Origin: Limisphaerales bacterium
GTDB lineage: Bacteria > Verrucomicrobiota > Verrucomicrobiia > Limisphaerales > UBA11358
DNA: 64,000 nucleotides
NCBI GenBank assembly: GCA_003134375.1
Contig: PLAY01000152.1
Location: forward strand, 3,944 to 67,943
Direction of reading: 5' to 3'
This document shows, one piece after another, positions 54,761-63,590 of the stretch (its first letter is position 1; each line of letters begins with the position of its first letter). Under the pieces are notes generated by a model. It was not told where the DNA came from. It saw only the letters and a program-made list of their open reading frames with translations, and did not search any database. Both the position numbers and the translations under genes were made by a program.

Positions 54761-55732
54761 ATGGAAAAAGTTTTTGTGACAGGCGCTGCCGGTTTCATTG
54801 GCAGCAACCTTGTTGACCGGCTGCTGGCCGGCGGCAAACACGTCGTCGGCTGGGACAATTTCTCCACCGGCCAGCGTGAATTTCTGGCATCGGCGTCAGC
54901 CAATGCCCAATTCGAACTCATCGAAGGCGATTGTCTGGATTTGTCCGCGTTGATCCGGGCGATGGAGGGATGTGATTTCGTTTTTCATCTGGCGGCGAAT
55001 GCAGACGTCCGGTTCGGCCTGGACCACCCGCACAAGGATTTTCAGCAAAATGCCGTTGCCACTTTCAACGTGCTTGAGGCCATGCGCGCCAACGGGATCA
55101 AAGGCATCGCATTCGGTTCCACCGGCAGCGTCTATGGCGAAGCGGAAATTTTCCCCACGCCCGAAAATCATCCATTTCCGGTGCAAACCTCCCTGTACGC
55201 GGCCTCGAAGCTCGCTTGTGAAGGATTTATTCACGCTTACTGCGAAGGCTACGGATTTGAAGGTTACATTTTCCGGTTTGTCTCCATTCTCGGCGAACGC
55301 TACACCCATGGTCACGTGTTGGATTTTTACAAACAACTGCTCGCCCACCCCGGCCACTTGAAAGTTTTGGGCGATGGCGCACAACGCAAATCCTATCTTT
55401 ACATTGGAGACTGTCTCGACGCCATGTTGCACGTTGTGGATCGTGCCACAGCCAAACAAGCCAGGCACCGCGTGGAAATTTACAACCTCGGCGCTGATGA
55501 ATACGTGCAGGTCAACGATTCCATCCGTTTCATCTGTGAAGCGCTGAAATTAAAACCGCGCCTCGAATACAGCGGCGGCAGCAAGGGTTGGATCGGCGAC
55601 AACCCGTTCATTTTTCTCGACACCAAAAAAATCCGCGCCACCGGCTGGAAAACCACGCTCACCATCGAGCAATCCATCATCCGCACGCTCCAATGGCTCC
55701 AGCAAAACCAGTGGGTGCTTCAACGCCGATGA
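54761..55732 (+). CDS. NAD-dependent epimerase/dehydratase (extended SDR)
   Basis: Contains VFVTGAAGFIGSNLV and YAASKLACE (YxxxK). 323 aa. Confidence 0.88.
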   Translation: MEKVFVTGAAGFIGSNLVDRLLAGGKHVVGWDNFSTGQREFLASASANAQFELIEGDCLDLSALIRAMEGCDFVFHLAANADVRFGLDHPHKDFQQNAVATFNVLEAMRANGIKGIAFGSTGSVYGEAEIFPTPENHPFPVQTSLYAASKLACEGFIHAYCEGYGFEGYIFRFVSILGERYTHGHVLDFYKQLLAHPGHLKVLGDGAQRKSYLYIGDCLDAMLHVVDRATAKQARHRVEIYNLGADEYVQVNDSIRFICEALKLKPRLEYSGGSKGWIGDNPFIFLDTKKIRATGWKTTLTIEQSIIRTLQWLQQNQWVLQRR

Positions 55733-56997
55733 ATGTCACCGTCCTCGGCCTCTGGCACCTTGGCTGCGTCACCGCTGCGTGTTGTGCGCGGCATTTTCAA
55801 GTTGTCGGACTCGACTTCGACGAGGCGAACATCGCCAAACTTGATTCCGGCCAGGCTCCGCTTTTCGAGCCGGGGCTGAATGAACTCATCACGGCCGGAC
55901 TTGCCGCAAAAAAACTTTCCTTCACCGCCGATCCCAAAATCGCGTGCGCCCGCGCCGACATGCTCTGGCTTTGCTACGATACGCCGGTCAATGAAGACGA
56001 CGAATCGGATGTGGACTTCGTTCTTGCCCATCTCCGCCGTGCGCTGCCGCATTTGCCCAAAGACGCGCTGGTATTGATTTCCGCCCAACTGCCCGTCGGC
56101 ACCTGCCGCCGGCTGGAAGCCGAATTTCCGCAATTTCATTTCGCCTGCTCGCCCGAAAATCTGCGGCTGGGCCGGGCGATTGACGCGTTTGAAAAAGCCG
56201 GGCGCGTTATCGTCGGCATCCGTGACGACGCGAAAAAAGCGCTGCTCGAAAAACTGTTCGCCCCGTTCACTCCGCAAATTTTATTCATGCGCACCGAGTC
56301 GGCCGAGATGGTGAAGCACGCCCTTAATTCATTTCTCGCGCTTTCCATCACGTTTATCAACGAGATTGCGCGATTGGGCGAACACGTCGGCGCGGACGCC
56401 AAGGAGGTTTCCGCCGGTTTGAAAAGCGAACCGCGCATCGGGCCAAAGGCCTATCTCGGCCCCGGCGGGCCATTTGCCGGCGGCACACTCGCGCGGGACG
56501 TGGTCACGCTGACCAAACTCGCCGCCGCGAACGGCGAAAAAATTTCCGTCATTCCGGCCATCACGCAAAGCAACGATCTACATCGCGGCTGGATGTTGCG
56601 GCGGTTGCAATCGCGGCTCGGGAATTTGCGGGGCAAAACCATCGCCGTGCTGGGCCTGACTTATACCGTCAACACCGACACCCTCCGCCGCAGTGCCGCG
56701 GTGGAACTGTGCCGGGACCTGCTGGCGGCTGGCGCCGGGGTTCGCGCCTTTGATCCGGCCGTGAAACAGCTGCCCGCGGAACTCGCCCCGGTGCGGTTGG
56801 CGGCGCAAATCGCCGATGCGGTGAAGGGCGCGGACGCCGCCGTCGTTTGCACCGAGTGGCCTGAATTTCGCGGGGCGGATTGGGCGCAAATTGCCCCAGC
56901 CATGCGCCAGCGCATTTTTGTGGACGCCAACCGTTTTTTGGAAAAGGAATTGAAAAACCTGCCCGCGGTCGAACATCTTTCCGTTGGTCGCGTTTGA
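55729..56997 (+). CDS. nucleotide-sugar 6-dehydrogenase family protein (UDP-glucose/GDP-mannose dehydrogenase family)
   Basis: ATG at 55729 overlaps the preceding stop (ATGA). MNVTVLGLWHLGCVTAAC is the N-terminal dinucleotide fold. It has the central helical domain and the C-terminal GLTYTVNTDTLRRS. 422 aa. Confidence 0.85.
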   Translation: MNVTVLGLWHLGCVTAACCARHFQVVGLDFDEANIAKLDSGQAPLFEPGLNELITAGLAAKKLSFTADPKIACARADMLWLCYDTPVNEDDESDVDFVLAHLRRALPHLPKDALVLISAQLPVGTCRRLEAEFPQFHFACSPENLRLGRAIDAFEKAGRVIVGIRDDAKKALLEKLFAPFTPQILFMRTESAEMVKHALNSFLALSITFINEIARLGEHVGADAKEVSAGLKSEPRIGPKAYLGPGGPFAGGTLARDVVTLTKLAAANGEKISVIPAITQSNDLHRGWMLRRLQSRLGNLRGKTIAVLGLTYTVNTDTLRRSAAVELCRDLLAAGAGVRAFDPAVKQLPAELAPVRLAAQIADAVKGADAAVVCTEWPEFRGADWAQIAPAMRQRIFVDANRFLEKELKNLPAVEHLSVGRV

Positions 56998-56999
56998 AC

Positions 57000-57863
57000 A
57001 TGAAGCTTAAAGGCATCAATGCGCTCATCACCGGTGGCAGCCAGGGACTCGGTAAAACCATCACCGGGCATTTCCTGCGCGAAGGCGCGAACGCCGTCCT
57101 TTGCGCGCGCGGGGAAAAGGAGTTGCTCGCCACGCGCGATGAACTGGCAAAACAATTTCCTTCGCGAAAAGTTTTGGCACGAATTTGCGACGTTTCCAGC
57201 GAAACCCAGGTAAACGAACTCGTCGCGTTCGCGTTGCGTGAACTCGGCCCGCTTCACGCGTTGGTGTTGAACGCCGGTATTTACGGCCCGATGGGCGCGA
57301 CGGAATCCGTTTCGCTCGAAGAATGGCGTCGCGCGATGGACATCAATCTTTACGGGGTGTTGCTCCCGTGCCGCGCGGTCATTCCCCATTTCAAAAAAGC
57401 CGGGCGCGGCAAAATTGTCGTCCTTTCCGGCGGCGGGGCGACGAATCCGTTGCCCAACATCAGCGCGTATGCCGCGTCAAAAGCCGCCGTCGTCCGGCTG
57501 GTGGAGACCCTGGCGGAAGAACTGAAAAATTTCCACGTGGACGTGAACGCCATCGCCCCGGGCGCTTTGGCGACACGGCTGGTGGATGAAGTTCTGGCGG
57601 CCGGGCCGGATAAAGTCGGCGCCGCGTTCTACGAGAAGAACAAGCAATGGAAAGATAAAGGCGCCACACCGCTTGAACTCGGCGCCCGTCTGGCAGTTTA
57701 TCTGGCCAGCCGCGAGAGCGACGGGATTTCCGGCAAACTCATCAGCGCCCAGTGGGATCCGTGGGAAAAGCTCCACGAACTCAAGGGCGATTTGAGCGGC
57801 GATATTTACACGCTGCGCCGCATTGTGCCGAAAGATCGCGGCAAAACCTGGGGCAATAAATGA
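57000..57863 (+). CDS. classical short-chain dehydrogenase/reductase
   Basis: Contains ALITGGSQGLGKT and YAASKAAV (YxxxK). 287 aa. Confidence 0.85.
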   Translation: MKLKGINALITGGSQGLGKTITGHFLREGANAVLCARGEKELLATRDELAKQFPSRKVLARICDVSSETQVNELVAFALRELGPLHALVLNAGIYGPMGATESVSLEEWRRAMDINLYGVLLPCRAVIPHFKKAGRGKIVVLSGGGATNPLPNISAYAASKAAVVRLVETLAEELKNFHVDVNAIAPGALATRLVDEVLAAGPDKVGAAFYEKNKQWKDKGATPLELGARLAVYLASRESDGISGKLISAQWDPWEKLHELKGDLSGDIYTLRRIVPKDRGKTWGNK

Positions 57864-58849
57864 ATTACGCGATTGTAGGTTGCGGATTGATTGGGAAAAA
57901 ACGACTGGCCGGTTTGCCCGCCGGCTCAAAACTCGTCGTGGCGTGCGACACAACTCTGGCGCGCGCCGAAGAATTGGTGAAGCTTGCCAAAACCGGCCAC
58001 GCCGTTGCCGATTTCAAACAAGCCGTCGCCGATCCACAGGTGAATGCAGTGATCGTGGCGACCATCAATTCCGCGCTGGCCGGGGTTGCCGCCGCCGCCA
58101 TCCGCGCGGGCAAACACGTCATCGTTGAAAAACCAGCGGGCGTTTCCGTGAAGCAGATTGACGAATTGATTTCGCTCGCGGAGAAGCACGGCGTTTGCGT
58201 CCGGGTCGGGTTCAATCATCGTTATCATCCGGCGTTCATCAAGGCGCGGGAAATTTTCGGGTCCGGCGTGATGGGCGAATTGATGTTTATTCGCGCGCGT
58301 TATGGCCATGGCGGGCGCATCGGTTATGACCAGGAATGGCGCGCCGACCCGAAATTTTCCGGTGGCGGTGAATTGATTGACCAGGGAATCCATTTGATTG
58401 ATCTCGCCGGCTGGTTTCTCGGCGGGTTCAAAAAAATTGACGGCCACGCGGCGACATTTTTCTGGAACATGCCGGTGGACGACAATGCATTCTTGGATTT
58501 GCAAACGGCCAAAGGCCAGACCGCGTGGCTGCACGTCAGTTGCACCGAGTGGAAGAATCTCTTCTCCTTCGAGATATATGGCCGCCATACCAAGTTGCAC
58601 ATCGAAGGTCTCGGCGGCAGCTACGGCGTCGAGAAACTCTATCATTACCAGATGAAACCGGAAATGGGCCCGCCGGACACGAAACTGTATGAATTCCCCG
58701 GCCCGGACGAGTCGTGGCGAAGGGAGATGACGGAGTTTGAGCAGGATGTTCAATTGAAGCGCACGCCGGACGCCGGCCTTGCGGCAGCGCGCGCAGCACT
58801 CCAAATTGTTGAAGAAATTTACAAGAAAAGCGGAATGTCGGATTTATGA
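57860..58849 (+). CDS. Gfo/Idh/MocA family oxidoreductase
   Basis: Contains MNYAIVGCGLIGKKR and VIVEKP. ATGA overlap with the SDR gene. Confidence 0.85.
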   Translation: MNYAIVGCGLIGKKRLAGLPAGSKLVVACDTTLARAEELVKLAKTGHAVADFKQAVADPQVNAVIVATINSALAGVAAAAIRAGKHVIVEKPAGVSVKQIDELISLAEKHGVCVRVGFNHRYHPAFIKAREIFGSGVMGELMFIRARYGHGGRIGYDQEWRADPKFSGGGELIDQGIHLIDLAGWFLGGFKKIDGHAATFFWNMPVDDNAFLDLQTAKGQTAWLHVSCTEWKNLFSFEIYGRHTKLHIEGLGGSYGVEKLYHYQMKPEMGPPDTKLYEFPGPDESWRREMTEFEQDVQLKRTPDAGLAAARAALQIVEEIYKKSGMSDL

Positions 58850-59826
58850 TCATCGTGCGTTCTCCACTTCGTGTCACGCTGGGCGGCGGCGGGACGGATT
58901 TGCCGTCTTACTACGAACAGTTCGGCGGATTTCTCATCGCCGCGGCAATTGACAAATATGTTTACATCACGGTGCATGAAACGTTCGTGCCCGACCTCAT
59001 CGTCAAATATTCCGAACTGGAGCGGGTGCCGGACGCGGCGCAATTGAAGCACCCGATCTTCCGTGAATCTTTTGCCCTGCTGGGCATGGATGGCCACGGA
59101 CTGGAATTGGCCTCCATGGCCGACATTCCGGCCGGGACGGGCCTGGGTTCGTCCGGCAGTTTCACCACCGCGCTGCTCAAAGCCTTGCATGCGCACAATA
59201 AAAATCTTGTCCATCCGGCCGAACTCGCTGCGCAGGCGTGTGAAATCGAACTGGGACGGCTCAAGGAGCCCATCGGCAAACAAGATCAATACATCGCCGC
59301 TTACGGCGGCATCACCTGTTTCAAATTCCTGCCGGACGGCAAGGTCGAGGCCTGGCCGCTGAAGCTTTCCGTTGAGACGCGGGACAATCTCGAAGACAAT
59401 TTGCTCCTCTTTTTCACCGGTTATTCGCGCTCGGCTTCGGCGATCCTGAAGGAACAGGACCAGAAATCAAAACAGGCCGACGCCGGGATGATGGAAAACC
59501 TGCACTTCGTCAAAGACCTTGGCTTGCAGAGCCGGCGCGCGCTGGAAACCGGCAACCTGCATGAATTTGCGCGGATCATGGACGTGCATTGGCAGCGCAA
59601 AAAACAGCGCAGCGGCGGCATGAGCAATCCGAAGATCAACGAGTGGTATGACCTGGCGCTGGCCAACGGCGCGCTCGGTGGCAAGCTCATCGGCGCGGGC
59701 GGCGGCGGCTTCCTGATGTTTTACGCCGAGGACAAAACAAAACTGCGTCACGCGATGACCCGCGCCGGACTCAAGGAAGTCCGTTTCCGTTTCGATTTCG
59801 AAGGCACCAAACTCGTCATCTCGTGA
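58846..59826 (+). CDS. hddA: GHMP kinase, D-glycero-alpha-D-manno-heptose-7-phosphate kinase type
   Basis: Contains IIVRSPLRVTLGGGGTDLPSYY, the GHMP motif PAGTGLGSSGSFT, and GGKLIGAGGGGFLMF. Context is with SIS, HAD-IIIA and NTase genes. Confidence 0.78.
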   Translation: MIIVRSPLRVTLGGGGTDLPSYYEQFGGFLIAAAIDKYVYITVHETFVPDLIVKYSELERVPDAAQLKHPIFRESFALLGMDGHGLELASMADIPAGTGLGSSGSFTTALLKALHAHNKNLVHPAELAAQACEIELGRLKEPIGKQDQYIAAYGGITCFKFLPDGKVEAWPLKLSVETRDNLEDNLLLFFTGYSRSASAILKEQDQKSKQADAGMMENLHFVKDLGLQSRRALETGNLHEFARIMDVHWQRKKQRSGGMSNPKINEWYDLALANGALGGKLIGAGGGGFLMFYAEDKTKLRHAMTRAGLKEVRFRFDFEGTKLVIS

Positions 59827-60539
59827 GCGCACCGCTCGACATTCCCGTGGCCATCCTCGCCGGCGGACTCGCCACGCGCCTGCGCCCCGTCACGGAAAAA
59901 ATCCCCAAATCGCTCGTGCCCGTCGCGGGCAAACCGTTTTTGGCGCACCAGCTCGAATTGCTCCATGCCCGCGGCATCCGCCGCGTGGTATTGTGCCTCG
60001 GTTATCTCGGCGAGATGATCCAACGCGATTTTGGCGATGGCCGCGCGTTTGGCATCCGGCTGGATTATTCGTTCGACGGCCCGAAACTGCTGGGCACGGG
60101 CGGCGCCATCAAACGCGCGGTGCCGTTGCTCGGCGATGAATTTTTCGTGCTCTACGGTGATTCGTATTTGCCAGTGGAATACCGGCCCATCGCGGAATTT
60201 TTCCGGCATAGCGGCAAGCTCGGCCTGATGACCGTTTATCGCAACGAAGGCCGTTACGACACCAGCAACGTCGTCTTCCACGACGGTGAAATCGCGGTTT
60301 ACGACAAAAAGAACCGTCCGCCGGAAATGCGGCACATTGATTACGGTCTGAGCTTGTTCAAAGCGCCGGTGTTTGAATCCTATTCCGCCGGCCAGGCGTT
60401 TGACCTGGCCGAAGTCATGGGCAAACTGGTTCGTGAAAAGCAACTGGCCGGTTACGAAATCCGCGAGCGGTTTTACGAAATTGGTTCACCTGCGGGCTTG
60501 GCGGAACTCGAATTGCTGCTACAATCAAAATCACCATGA
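59823..60539 (+). CDS. hddC: nucleotidyltransferase, D-glycero-alpha-D-manno-heptose-1-phosphate guanylyltransferase type
   Basis: GTG start overlaps the hddA stop. VAILAGGLATRLRPVTEKIPKSLVPVAGKPF is the NTP_transferase signature. 238 aa. Confidence 0.72.
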   Translation: MSAPLDIPVAILAGGLATRLRPVTEKIPKSLVPVAGKPFLAHQLELLHARGIRRVVLCLGYLGEMIQRDFGDGRAFGIRLDYSFDGPKLLGTGGAIKRAVPLLGDEFFVLYGDSYLPVEYRPIAEFFRHSGKLGLMTVYRNEGRYDTSNVVFHDGEIAVYDKKNRPPEMRHIDYGLSLFKAPVFESYSAGQAFDLAEVMGKLVREKQLAGYEIRERFYEIGSPAGLAELELLLQSKSP

Positions 60540-61132
60540 GCTTTACCAAACAATTCCTTGACGAGGTCCAGAAACTGGTCTCCGAACTAAACCCGGACGC
60601 CATTGAAAAATCCGTGGCCGAACTGGCGCGCGTGCGCGAGCGCGGCGGACGGCTGTTCATCCTCGGCGTCGGCGGCAGTGCGGCCAACGCCAGCCACGCG
60701 GTCAATGACTTCCGCAAAATCTGCGGTTTTGAGGCTTACGCGCCGACGGACAACGTTTCCGAACTCACCGCCCGTACCAATGACGAAGGCTGGGCCACGA
60801 TTTTCGCCGAGTGGCTCAAAGGCAGCCGTATCAATGCAAAGGATGGCCTGCTGATTTTTTCCGTCGGCGGCGGCAATCTGGAGAAAAACGTCAGCCCCAA
60901 CCTCGTCAGCGCGATTCAACTCGCAAAAAAAGTTGGCGCGTCAGTCGTCGGCGTTGTCGGACGCGACGGTGGTTACACGGCCAGGGAAGCGACCGCATGC
61001 GTGATCGTGCCGACGGTCAACCCCGACCATGTGACGCCGCACTCCGAGGCGTTTCAGGCGGTGATTTGGCATTTGTTTGTCTCCCATCCCAAGCTCAAGG
61101 TCGCCAAAACCAAATGGGAAAGCACGCGGTGA
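60536..61132 (+). CDS. gmhA: SIS-domain phosphoheptose (sedoheptulose-7-phosphate) isomerase
   Basis: Contains RLFILGVGGSAANASHAVNDFRK and LLIFSVGGGN. 198 aa. Confidence 0.8.
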   Translation: MSFTKQFLDEVQKLVSELNPDAIEKSVAELARVRERGGRLFILGVGGSAANASHAVNDFRKICGFEAYAPTDNVSELTARTNDEGWATIFAEWLKGSRINAKDGLLIFSVGGGNLEKNVSPNLVSAIQLAKKVGASVVGVVGRDGGYTAREATACVIVPTVNPDHVTPHSEAFQAVIWHLFVSHPKLKVAKTKWESTR

Positions 61133-61704
61133 AGTCCGAGGTCCGAGGTCCGAGGTCCGAGGTCCGGCGCGCCGTTTTTCTTGACCGCGATGGCGTCATC
61201 AACCGCGCGTTGGAACGTGATTGCAAACCGTATCCTCCCCGAAACCTGGAAGAATTTGAAATTCTGTCCGACGTTCCCGCCGCGTGCGCAAAACTCACGG
61301 CCACCGGCTTTCTGCTCGTGGTGGTGACCAACCAGCCGGATGTGGGCCGTGGCACGCTTAAAAAAGAAATCGTCGAGAGCATCCACGCGGAAATGTGCCG
61401 ACAACTGCCCATTGACCGCGTGGAAGTTTGTTATCATCCGGGCCAGGGCGCGTCGGAATGTGATTGCCGCAAGCCGAAGCCCGGCATGCTGCTGCGCGCG
61501 GCGAAGGAACTGGGCATTGACCTTGCGCAAAGCTGGATGGTGGGCGACCGCTGGCGGGACATTGACTGCGGCCACGCGGCTGGCTGCCGGACGATCTTCA
61601 TTGATCGCGGTTATGCGGAGGAACTCCGGCAAAAACCGCATTTTTCGGCTGGTAATTTGGCCCAAGCTGCGGACATTATCTTACGCGAGTCGGAAAACAG
61701 TTGA
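61114..61704 (+). CDS. gmhB: HAD-IIIA phosphatase, D,D-heptose-1,7-bisphosphate phosphatase type
   Basis: Contains AVFLDRDGVIN (DxDxT-type motif I), VVTNQPDVGRG, CRKPKPGML, and MVGDRWRDIDCG. The start is ATG 61114 or GTG 61129, both overlapping the gmhA 3' end. The track start at 60811 is an extension inside gmhA. Confidence 0.8.
   Translation: MGKHAVKSEVRGPRSEVRRAVFLDRDGVINRALERDCKPYPPRNLEEFEILSDVPAACAKLTATGFLLVVVTNQPDVGRGTLKKEIVESIHAEMCRQLPIDRVEVCYHPGQGASECDCRKPKPGMLLRAAKELGIDLAQSWMVGDRWRDIDCGHAAGCRTIFIDRGYAEELRQKPHFSAGNLAQAADIILRESENS
61134..61168 (+). repeat. heptanucleotide tandem repeat (gtccgag x4 plus gtccggc) in the first codons of gmhB
   Basis: Read directly from the sequence: gtccgag at 61134, 61141, 61148 and 61155, and a 5/7 copy at 61162. 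Translated as KSEVRGPRSEVRR. Confidence 0.85.
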
Positions 61705-61725
61705 AATTCACCGCGGCTTTGAATT

Positions 61726-62445
61726 ATGAAAACACTGAAAGATTTGAAGGTTAAGCTTTTCGCCGATGGCGCGGACAAGGCGGGGATGCTCCAATTGAAC
61801 GTCAATTCGCTCATCCAGGGCATGACCACCAATCCCACGCTCATGCGCAAGGCGGGCATCCATGATTATGAGACGTTCGCCCGCGAAATTTTGCAGCACA
61901 TCACGGAGAAGCCGATTTCCTTCGAGGTGTTTTCCGATGAATTTTCAGAAATGCGGCGGCAGGCGCTCAAGATCAAAGGCTGGGCAAAAAATGTATATGT
62001 CAAAATTCCCATCACCAACACGCGTGATGAATCCTCGCTGCCGCTGGTCCGGGAACTGGCGCTCGAAGGTGTAAAACTCAACGTCACCGCGATTCTCACC
62101 CTGGAGCAGGTCGCCGGGGTTGCCAAAGTGCTGAACTCCAAAGTGCCGGCCGTCGTGTCCGTGTTTGCCGGCCGCATTGCGGACACGGGCGTTGACCCGA
62201 TGCCGCAGATGCGCGAGAGCAAAAAACTCCTGGCCGGTTTGCCCCAGGCGGAATTGCTCTGGGCCAGCGTCCGTGAAGTGCTGAACATTTTTCAGGCGGA
62301 CGATTGCGGCTGCGCCATCGTGACTGTGCCGCACGACATTCTGGCCAAGACAATGAAGACGACCGGAATGGACTTGAAGAAATTGTCACTCGACACCGTG
62401 AAAATGTTTGCCGTGGACGCGAAGGCGGCGGGCTTTTCGTTGTAA
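61726..62445 (+). CDS. tal: transaldolase family protein (short TalC/FSA-like type)
   Basis: 239 aa. Contains LFADGAD, GMTTNPTL, and the Schiff-base lysine context NVYVKIPIT. Confidence 0.82.
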   Translation: MKTLKDLKVKLFADGADKAGMLQLNVNSLIQGMTTNPTLMRKAGIHDYETFAREILQHITEKPISFEVFSDEFSEMRRQALKIKGWAKNVYVKIPITNTRDESSLPLVRELALEGVKLNVTAILTLEQVAGVAKVLNSKVPAVVSVFAGRIADTGVDPMPQMRESKKLLAGLPQAELLWASVREVLNIFQADDCGCAIVTVPHDILAKTMKTTGMDLKKLSLDTVKMFAVDAKAAGFSL

Positions 62446-62457
62446 ACCGCGCGCGGC

Positions 62458-63522
62458 TCAAAACAATTTGTTGATCGCGTCGAAAACGCTTTCGACTGTC
62501 ACCGACGCCATGCAGCGCCGTATTTCCTCGCCGCTTCCCTGAATGCCGCGCCCGTCGTAACGGTAAAATTCGAGATTGCGTCCGGCAACAGCCGGGTTTT
62601 TCACCAGCACAAACGGATTGCCGTAAGGCTCGATGGGCTTGTTCCAGGTCGGCGTTTCAATGACAACCTGGTTGCGCACGTTCATGGCGGCCGCCAGATG
62701 CATCAGCGCCGTGTCCACGCTTAAAAAAGCGTCGCATTTTTTAATCAACGCCGCCGCCTGCCGGAGATTTTGGGTTTTCGGGAAAAACAAATTCTCTCCC
62801 CCGCCCGCCGCTGAAATTTTTTCATGGTCGGCCTGTTCCTCCGGTCCGCCGAAAAACAAGATGGCCAGTTGGGGATGGCGCTCCCGGAGACGACGGACCA
62901 GTTCCAGGTAATTTCCCAAGGGCCAGCGCCGGCGGGCGAGATTTTTCGTGCCGCCCGAACCGACGTGGACGCCCAACATCGGCCGCCCGGCAAGATTTTG
63001 CCCGGCGATGAAATCCGCCGCCCAGACGTGGTCGTTGTCCGTTAAAAAAACTTCGCAACCGTGCCGCGGCAGCAACGGTTTTGCCTTGATTAATGAAAGC
63101 AGGGACAGATTGTTTTCGGCACTGTGCCGTGTGTAATCCTGCGGAATGGTCCGGTTCGTCAGCCAGCGGTCAAACGTGCTGGAACATTCATATTCATGGC
63201 CGAGCCGTGCCGGCGCATTGATGAATTTCGCCACCAGCCGGTAAAGCCGTCTGCTTTGCGGATGCGTATTGATGGACACGTCATAGCCTTGCGCGCGGAA
63301 TTTTAACAGGGATCGGAGTGAGCCGATCATGGAATCTGAAATGAAGTTTTTTTGGTGGGTGGCGTTGAGATGCGGGTTGCCTTCGAGCAAACCCTTCGAG
63401 CCGCGCCAACGCACGAGTGCGTCAATGGTCGCGTCCGGAAAATTCGCGCGCAACTCGTGGATCAACGGCGTGGCAAACAGCGTGTCGCCGATGCCCGCGA
63501 GCGAAATGACCAGAATTTTCAT
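62458..63522 (-). CDS. family 9 glycosyltransferase (heptosyltransferase)
   Basis: MKILVISLAGIGDTLFATPLIHELR is the GT9 N-terminal signature. 354 aa. Confidence 0.85.
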   Translation of the reverse strand: MKILVISLAGIGDTLFATPLIHELRANFPDATIDALVRWRGSKGLLEGNPHLNATHQKNFISDSMIGSLRSLLKFRAQGYDVSINTHPQSRRLYRLVAKFINAPARLGHEYECSSTFDRWLTNRTIPQDYTRHSAENNLSLLSLIKAKPLLPRHGCEVFLTDNDHVWAADFIAGQNLAGRPMLGVHVGSGGTKNLARRRWPLGNYLELVRRLRERHPQLAILFFGGPEEQADHEKISAAGGGENLFFPKTQNLRQAAALIKKCDAFLSVDTALMHLAAAMNVRNQVVIETPTWNKPIEPYGNPFVLVKNPAVAGRNLEFYRYDGRGIQGSGEEIRRCMASVTVESVFDAINKLF

Positions 63523-63535
63523 TTGTTTTCATCCT

Positions 63536-63586
63536 GGCAGGGCTGACCTGCCGGTCAGCTTGGACGCGCGGTAGCGCGTCCCTGCC
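63536..63586. repeat. structured GC-rich intergenic element (outer stem plus two inner hairpins)
   Basis: The outer stem is ggcaggg / ccctgcc. The inner hairpins are ctgacc-tgcc-ggtcag and ggacgcgc-ggta-gcgcgtcc. It lies between the RfaE-II stop and the GT9 start. Confidence 0.5.
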
Positions 63587-63590
63587 ATTT

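Noticed and set aside
60811-61113. Upstream extension of the gmhB ORF
   Set aside because: It lies inside gmhA in another frame. The HAD motif I follows shortly after ATG 61114 / GTG 61129.
61134-61168. Short tandem repeats here, at 13100-13163 and at 24112-24180, considered as possible CRISPR arrays
   Set aside because: The units are 6-7 nt and contiguous, with no spacers. No repeat-spacer periodicity of 25-40 nt occurs anywhere in the window, and there are no cas genes.
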